Shown: piece after piece, positions 58,966-64,000 of the stretch | Position numbering within the stretch: position 1 is the first letter of the stretch | Layout of the letters: each line of letters starts with the position of its first letter | NCBI GenBank assembly: GCA_963713825.1 | Contig: CAVQNG010000025.1 | Span: forward strand, 704,001-768,000 | Source of the DNA: an uncultured Acidobacteriota bacterium | GTDB taxonomy: Bacteria > Acidobacteriota > Thermoanaerobaculia > Multivoradales > JAHEKO01 | Direction of reading: 5' to 3' | Length of the DNA: 64,000 nt | Position numbers and translations under genes: made by a program | The notes under the pieces: generated by a model | Seen by the model: the letters and a program-made list of their open reading frames with translations, nothing else | What the model was told of the DNA's origin: nothing | Databases searched by the model: none

Positions 58966-59873
58966 CGGTCTTCTCTCAGGGCTGCCAGCAGATAGGTCGC
59001 GTAGCCGCTCTCACCAAATCCAGCCGCCAGCTGGTCCAGGTCGGAAGCCGTGATGAAACCCATTCGGAAGGCGATCTCCTCGGGGCAGGCGATCTTCAGG
59101 CCTTGGCGCTTCTCGATCACTCTCACGAAGACGGCCGCGTCCAACAGGGAGTCGTGAGTTCCGGTATCGAGCCAGGCCGTTCCACGCCCGAGAATCTCTA
59201 CAGCGAGCTGACCGCGCTCGAGATAGGCTCGGTTGACGTCGGTGATCTCGAGCTCGCCGCGCGCCGACGGTTGTAGTGCCTTGGCAATTTCGACCACCTG
59301 ATGGTCGTAGAAGTACAGGCCCGTTACCGCGTAATGGGACATGGGGCTGGCGGGTTTCTCGACGATGTCGAGAGCCTTCCCATCGGCGTCGAAGCTGACG
59401 ACACCGTAGCGCTCGGGATCCGTAACGTAGTAGCCGAAGACGGTAGCGCCTTGCGTACGACTCGCTGCAACCATGAGCTTGTCTGCCAGTCCTTCGGCGT
59501 AGAAGATGTTGTCGCCGAGAATCAACGTGACCGGATCGCCGGCGATGAACTTCTCGCCAATGAGGAAGGCTTGCGCGATGCCCTTTGGCTCCTCTTGAAC
59601 GGCATAGTCGAGTGAGATGCCCCACTGCGAGCCGTCGCCCAGAAAAGACTCGAAGGCAGGCTGATCACGGGGTGTCGTAATGACCAGGATGCTCCGGATA
59701 CCCGCCAACATCAGGGTGGACAGCGGATAGTGGATCATCGGCTTGTCGTAGACCGGCATGAGCTGTTTGCTGACTCCGTGGGTCAGTGGCAGGAGTCGCT
59801 TGCCGGCCCCTCCGGCCAGGATGATGCCTTTGTGAATGTTCCCAGACGAGTCTGGTCTCGGATTGTCTGCCAT
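58962..59873 (-). CDS. rfbA: Glucose-1-phosphate thymidylyltransferase
   Basis: [39 protein letters not shown]; ATG 59873 within ORF 58962..59924. Confidence 0.96.
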   Translation of the reverse strand: MADNPRPDSSGNIHKGIILAGGAGKRLLPLTHGVSKQLMPVYDKPMIHYPLSTLMLAGIRSILVITTPRDQPAFESFLGDGSQWGISLDYAVQEEPKGIAQAFLIGEKFIAGDPVTLILGDNIFYAEGLADKLMVAASRTQGATVFGYYVTDPERYGVVSFDADGKALDIVEKPASPMSHYAVTGLYFYDHQVVEIAKALQPSARGELEITDVNRAYLERGQLAVEILGRGTAWLDTGTHDSLLDAAVFVRVIEKRQGLKIACPEEIAFRMGFITASDLDQLAAGFGESGYATYLLAALREDR

Positions 59874-59907
59874 GACCTTCAGGCTCCTCGCAACAGCCGG
59901 TTCGAAT

Positions 59908-62900
59908 TCAGTGCTTGACCCCACGGCTCCAGTGGTTGCCCCAGTATAGGGCTAGAGGCCTCAGCAGGGGAAAGAACAGCTCGGCTGCCGAGCGTACGCG
60001 TCGTTGCCGCAAGCCCCGACCGAGGTCTGCATAGATCCCAGGCTGCATCATGTCTTTGGTCATGTCGAGCAGGGAGTAGTTCTCGCCCAGAAAGCTCCAC
60101 CCGAAACCTTCGCTCTGGCAGCGTCTGACGAGTGCGCCGAGGTCGTAGTCATGGCTGTGGAAGACGACGGCATCCTCCTGGTAGAAAATCGACGCGCCCC
60201 GCTCGACGGCACGGCGCTGCCACAACTTGTCCTCCATGATGGGTGCCTGGCCGAAGGGGATCTCTTCCCAAGCATCGCGTCGAATTGCCGCGTTGACGGT
60301 TGAGAAACCGATGCCGAAGAACCGCGCGATCCAGCGCTCGGACTCGCGGGTGAAGTAGAAACGCTCACCGCAGGAGTCCCAGTAGAACCGGTCAGCGGTC
60401 TCTGGTAGCTCCTGAATCGCACCTTGAACGGCCGCGTACTCGGGGCCTGCAAGGAGCGGCTCGGTCAGTGAGCTCAGCCAGTCTTCGGTCGCTGGAATGG
60501 CATCTTGGTTCAAGAAGACCAGGACGTCGCCGTTCGCAGATCGGGCACCCAGGTCCCTCGTCAGCCCATGGTCGAACTCCGACTTTCGAATCGAGATCAC
60601 CTGGGCCCCGAATTGCTCCATCGTCGCGACGTCCTTCGCTGACGAGCCTGAGTCGACGCAGATCAGCTCGACAGATCTCGCTGTTTGCTGGTGCGAGATG
60701 GCGGCCAGGCAATTGTGGAGCCGCTCCCCGCCGTTGTACGTCGGGATTACCACCGAGATGTCTACTGGCTGCCTGCCGTGCTTGGCGGTCGAGGGTTCGA
60801 CGACGGGCCGATTCGGAGAGCCTGCGTCTCCGATCTCGCGCGCCCCGATGCTCAACGCATGGTCGGCCGCACTCCGCAGGAGCTCTTCGTACCCGGCCAG
60901 CTGAAGGGCCGCACTCGCCTCCCAGGTGTAACTTTCTTCGACCAGGCGGCGGCAGTTCAGGGACAGGGTCGCGACGAGATCGTCGTTGTCGAGGGTCGAG
61001 ATCGCTGCCCGGGCGAAATCGGCGGGCTCGTCCGCGATCAGCAGATGCTGCTCGTGGCGGCATTCGATGCCCTCGGCTCCCAGGCGGGTGGAGATCACCG
61101 GTGCACCGCAAGCGAAGGCCTCGAGAATCTTCAGGCGGGTGCCGGACCCGGCGCGTATCGGCGCCACGAGTGCACGATGGTGTCGGTAGTACGGTGCGAG
61201 CTCGGGGACCTCGCCGACGACATCGACTCCTTCCAGCTCGCCGAACCGGTAGAGAGAGTCAGGCGCATTGGCGCCGACCACCGAGATCTCCGTTCCAGGC
61301 CGGGCGCGCAGGATCTCCGGCCAGATTGCAGCGAAGAAGTGCTCGATCGCGTCCAGGTTCGGTAGATGCTCGAAGTTGCCCACAAACAGCAGGCGCTGGT
61401 TGCGCTCGCTGATCGGTGAGGGTCGGTAGGCGTCGGTGTCTACGGCGTTGGGCACGACCCGCAGCCGCCGATGGCCATCGGGAAGATAGGCCGCCAGATA
61501 CTCGGCGTCTTCGGCGGACATCATCTGGACCTGGTCGGCTCTTCTCACCACTTGGAGCTCGTATCGGACCTGCCGCATCCAATCGCCGAAGGAGTGACCG
61601 AAGGCCCGCGAAGCGGCGAATCGCTCGTGAAACCCTTTGCGTCGGCGGCGTCCGAGCGAGCGGAAAGCGATATCGATCTCGCTCACGGCTACCTTGACGC
61701 GACTGAACTCGGGCAGGCCGTACTGACCGAGCTCCGTGTACTCGAGTTGCAGGATGTCGATCTTTTCCTCGGACAGAATCTGGGCGATCCGTCGGGCCAG
61801 CTCGTCAGAGTGGAAGAGTCGCTGACTCGGAGCATCTAGGCCGAGGCGGTCGCGGCTGAAGTCGGGCTCCCAGTGATGGAGGTGGACCTTCTTGGCGAAG
61901 GGCTCGAGGGCCTGCTGTTGGGCCACATCGTCGTCCTCCCGGGTGAAGACGATCAGGTGGAGGTCGCAGTGCTCGGCAAGGCGTCGAATCAGATTGAACA
62001 GCCGGACCGCGCCTCCATGGCTCGGTGGGTAGATGGAGTAGGGGCTAACCATGAGCACCCTTGGGCGGCGCTCCGAAGTCCGATTCGCTAGACCGCCGCG
62101 ACCTGGATCGAGCAGGGCCTCGCCTGCGGGTCTTCCTCTTCCGCGCCTGATTCTGGCGGCGACTTGCTCGCTAGAGGTCGAGAACAGCAAGAGCAGCCAT
62201 CCGAAGCTCTTGCTGGTGATCGACAGGGCTTTGCGAAGGACTCTGAGCGGCGCCTCGAACGCCCACCGAGTAGCGCGCCTGATGCCTTGCAGTCCACTTC
62301 GCGCGGCTTCCTTGGGAGACTGTCGAAGACCCGCTGCTACTCGTATTGCGGCGGTTCTGAGGCCGAGGTAGCCGGCCCACGAAGCGAGCAGGGAGCGCCC
62401 CACCTTGGAGCCCTGCAGGTCGTCCAGGTCGGTCTTGGCGCTCTGCCACTGCTCATAGAGCCAGTATTTGTCTTGCAGGGTCTTCTCGTGCTCGTCTCGC
62501 GCTGCCGCCAGAGTGCGCTCCAGCCGACTCTTCTCGTGGTCGAGGAGCTCGGCGGATTGAGCGGACCGTTCGCGAAGCGCTTCCTTTCGTTCGACCCGCT
62601 CGGCAAGCTCGAGAGTCTGTTTTTCGTATTCTCTGGTCTGCTGCTCCAGAGCTTCGATGCGCTCACGGTTGTTCTTGTGATCCTCGGCAGCCAGCTTCTT
62701 CAACTGCTCTTGCTGTTCGGCGAGAGTCTGGTTGGTCGCGACGAGATCTCGATTGGTTGCTTGCAGCTCGCCAATGGTCTCTGCCTGCTCTCTCACTCGA
62801 TCGTCGAACTCGTCGAGTAAGCCTCCTACTCTCTCGATCTCGGCTTCGTAGGTTGCCTTGTCCGCGGCGTGGGATTGCTCCAGCAGCTCGTTGTGCTTGT

Positions 62901-63915
62901 CGAAGTCGGTCTGGCGCTCCGCCAGTGAGCGCTGGGCCTCTGACAGCTGTGCCGAGACCTCTGCCACCTCCGATTCCCTTCGGCCGAGGGAATGCTCCAA
63001 GGACCTTTCGCGCTCGCCGCCAATCAAGGATCCGAAGGCGCTGCTGGCGCGATCGAATTCGACTCGCACACGGACGAGCTGTGCCATCGGTCGGCTGGCC
63101 TGTGGCGCTTCCTTCAATTGGCGGAGAGCCTCGAAGCTATCCATGACCCAGGGCGATACATCTGGGTTGAGGCCCATATCCGAGGCGGAGCTGGAGTGGT
63201 GCCGCAGCGAGGGGGACAGGAACTCCTCGATCTCCTCTGACGCCCCTTTCGGTTTCTCTGGCCAGACGATCCCTAGGCCTTGGGTCGCTCGATTGACGAC
63301 TGTGGACCAATCCTGCAGAAGAGCCTCGTAGTCCATGAAGGCTCGCGGCATCCCTCGCGTGGCTTTCTCCATGTCCAGTACATGGCGAAGCCAGAGGATG
63401 AGCGACTTGGAGGTGTCGAAGTCGTCGCGGCGGGCCAGCGACGCGGCGACCTCCAGCGGATTGCGGTTGAGCAGCAACGGCAGAGGCTCGGCTCCGAAGT
63501 TTTCGAGCAGGCTCATCCAGAAAGGCACGAACCGGCAGATGCGAGGATCCTTGATGACGAAGAGCGAGGAGTCGGAGAAGTCCTCCTCCAGCACCCCTAG
63601 AATCTCGTCAGAGAAGCTCTTGCCCGCAGCGGTCTCGAAGAATGCAGCCGGGAACTCCCGCGGATCATCCCAGGCGGAGCCGGCCGCGGCCAACATTCTG
63701 TCGTGAATATCGACCAGCTTGGCCGATTCCCAGAAGCCGGTGTCGTTGACCCCAGGGACCGGTTCCAGCAACTTGGCGGGTAGGTCGGCGCCGAGCAGGC
63801 TCAGGACCCGGGTGATCGCCGAGGTACCGCTACGGTGCATTCCGAGCACCAGGATGGCTTGGCGGGCAGGTTGTTTCTTCTCAGCTGGCAAGGCTTCCTC
63901 GCTCCAGTCGCCCAA
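59908..63915 (-). CDS. Multidomain glycan synthesis protein: sulfotransferase-like, coiled coil, GT4, GT2
   Basis: [20 protein letters not shown]; ~200-aa E/Q/R-rich coil; GT4 ([17 protein letters not shown]); GT2 ([19 protein letters not shown]). Start may be TTG 63891. Confidence 0.9.
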   Translation of the reverse strand: MGDWSEEALPAEKKQPARQAILVLGMHRSGTSAITRVLSLLGADLPAKLLEPVPGVNDTGFWESAKLVDIHDRMLAAAGSAWDDPREFPAAFFETAAGKSFSDEILGVLEEDFSDSSLFVIKDPRICRFVPFWMSLLENFGAEPLPLLLNRNPLEVAASLARRDDFDTSKSLILWLRHVLDMEKATRGMPRAFMDYEALLQDWSTVVNRATQGLGIVWPEKPKGASEEIEEFLSPSLRHHSSSASDMGLNPDVSPWVMDSFEALRQLKEAPQASRPMAQLVRVRVEFDRASSAFGSLIGGERERSLEHSLGRRESEVAEVSAQLSEAQRSLAERQTDFDKHNELLEQSHAADKATYEAEIERVGGLLDEFDDRVREQAETIGELQATNRDLVATNQTLAEQQEQLKKLAAEDHKNNRERIEALEQQTREYEKQTLELAERVERKEALRERSAQSAELLDHEKSRLERTLAAARDEHEKTLQDKYWLYEQWQSAKTDLDDLQGSKVGRSLLASWAGYLGLRTAAIRVAAGLRQSPKEAARSGLQGIRRATRWAFEAPLRVLRKALSITSKSFGWLLLLFSTSSEQVAARIRRGRGRPAGEALLDPGRGGLANRTSERRPRVLMVSPYSIYPPSHGGAVRLFNLIRRLAEHCDLHLIVFTREDDDVAQQQALEPFAKKVHLHHWEPDFSRDRLGLDAPSQRLFHSDELARRIAQILSEEKIDILQLEYTELGQYGLPEFSRVKVAVSEIDIAFRSLGRRRRKGFHERFAASRAFGHSFGDWMRQVRYELQVVRRADQVQMMSAEDAEYLAAYLPDGHRRLRVVPNAVDTDAYRPSPISERNQRLLFVGNFEHLPNLDAIEHFFAAIWPEILRARPGTEISVVGANAPDSLYRFGELEGVDVVGEVPELAPYYRHHRALVAPIRAGSGTRLKILEAFACGAPVISTRLGAEGIECRHEQHLLIADEPADFARAAISTLDNDDLVATLSLNCRRLVEESYTWEASAALQLAGYEELLRSAADHALSIGAREIGDAGSPNRPVVEPSTAKHGRQPVDISVVIPTYNGGERLHNCLAAISHQQTARSVELICVDSGSSAKDVATMEQFGAQVISIRKSEFDHGLTRDLGARSANGDVLVFLNQDAIPATEDWLSSLTEPLLAGPEYAAVQGAIQELPETADRFYWDSCGERFYFTRESERWIARFFGIGFSTVNAAIRRDAWEEIPFGQAPIMEDKLWQRRAVERGASIFYQEDAVVFHSHDYDLGALVRRCQSEGFGWSFLGENYSLLDMTKDMMQPGIYADLGRGLRQRRVRSAAELFFPLLRPLALYWGNHWSRGVKH

Positions 63916-64000
63916 TTACAGCAGATCTGAGACGAGGTTCAAGTCGAGGGCGGCCTGGTCGGCGTTTGTCATTCAAAGGGTAGCCACGGCTTGGGTGGCC

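Noticed and set aside
63916-63975. In-frame ATG 63972 with a TAA just before the large glycosyltransferase, suggesting readthrough or a premature stop
   Set aside because: A TTG at 63891 with a GGAG/GAGGA RBS explains initiation without recoding; context is cut by the window edge.

Overview
GC-rich bacterial window. The TIGR02266-type PilZ protein and overall gene content suggest Acidobacteriota or Myxococcota, which is inference only. Left to right: a truncated degenerate GGDEF gene, a multi-zinc-ribbon protein, an RND system (MFP plus two permeases), a fused 2-oxoacid dehydrogenase E1 alpha/beta, a GH113-like glycosidase with an M16 peptidase pair, plsC, mobA-fdhD-tatD, and a group 3d NAD-linked [NiFe]-hydrogenase operon (hoxFUYHW plus a response regulator and a convergent sensor kinase). 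Next comes a ~12 kb sigma-54 island (29.3-41.6 kb): three enhancer-binding proteins (one apparently catalytically degenerate), a sensor kinase, five -24/-12 promoters, two distinct repeated upstream activator motifs, two paralogous secreted Cys-rich proteins of unknown function, two OB-fold proteins with Gly-rich tails and a beta-barrel. Directly after it is a ~210-nt structured non-coding RNA candidate behind a sigma-70 promoter overlapped by a Rex/CRP-type palindrome. The rest holds glycosylation genes, folM-like/folB/folK, a frameshifted phytase-like/ExeM nuclease, a MoCo-sulfurase-like enzyme, aceK, rfbACDB and a large sulfotransferase/coiled-coil/GT4/GT2 protein. I saw no CRISPR array, tRNA, rRNA or transposase. 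All calls come from reading motifs by eye; no database searches were run.
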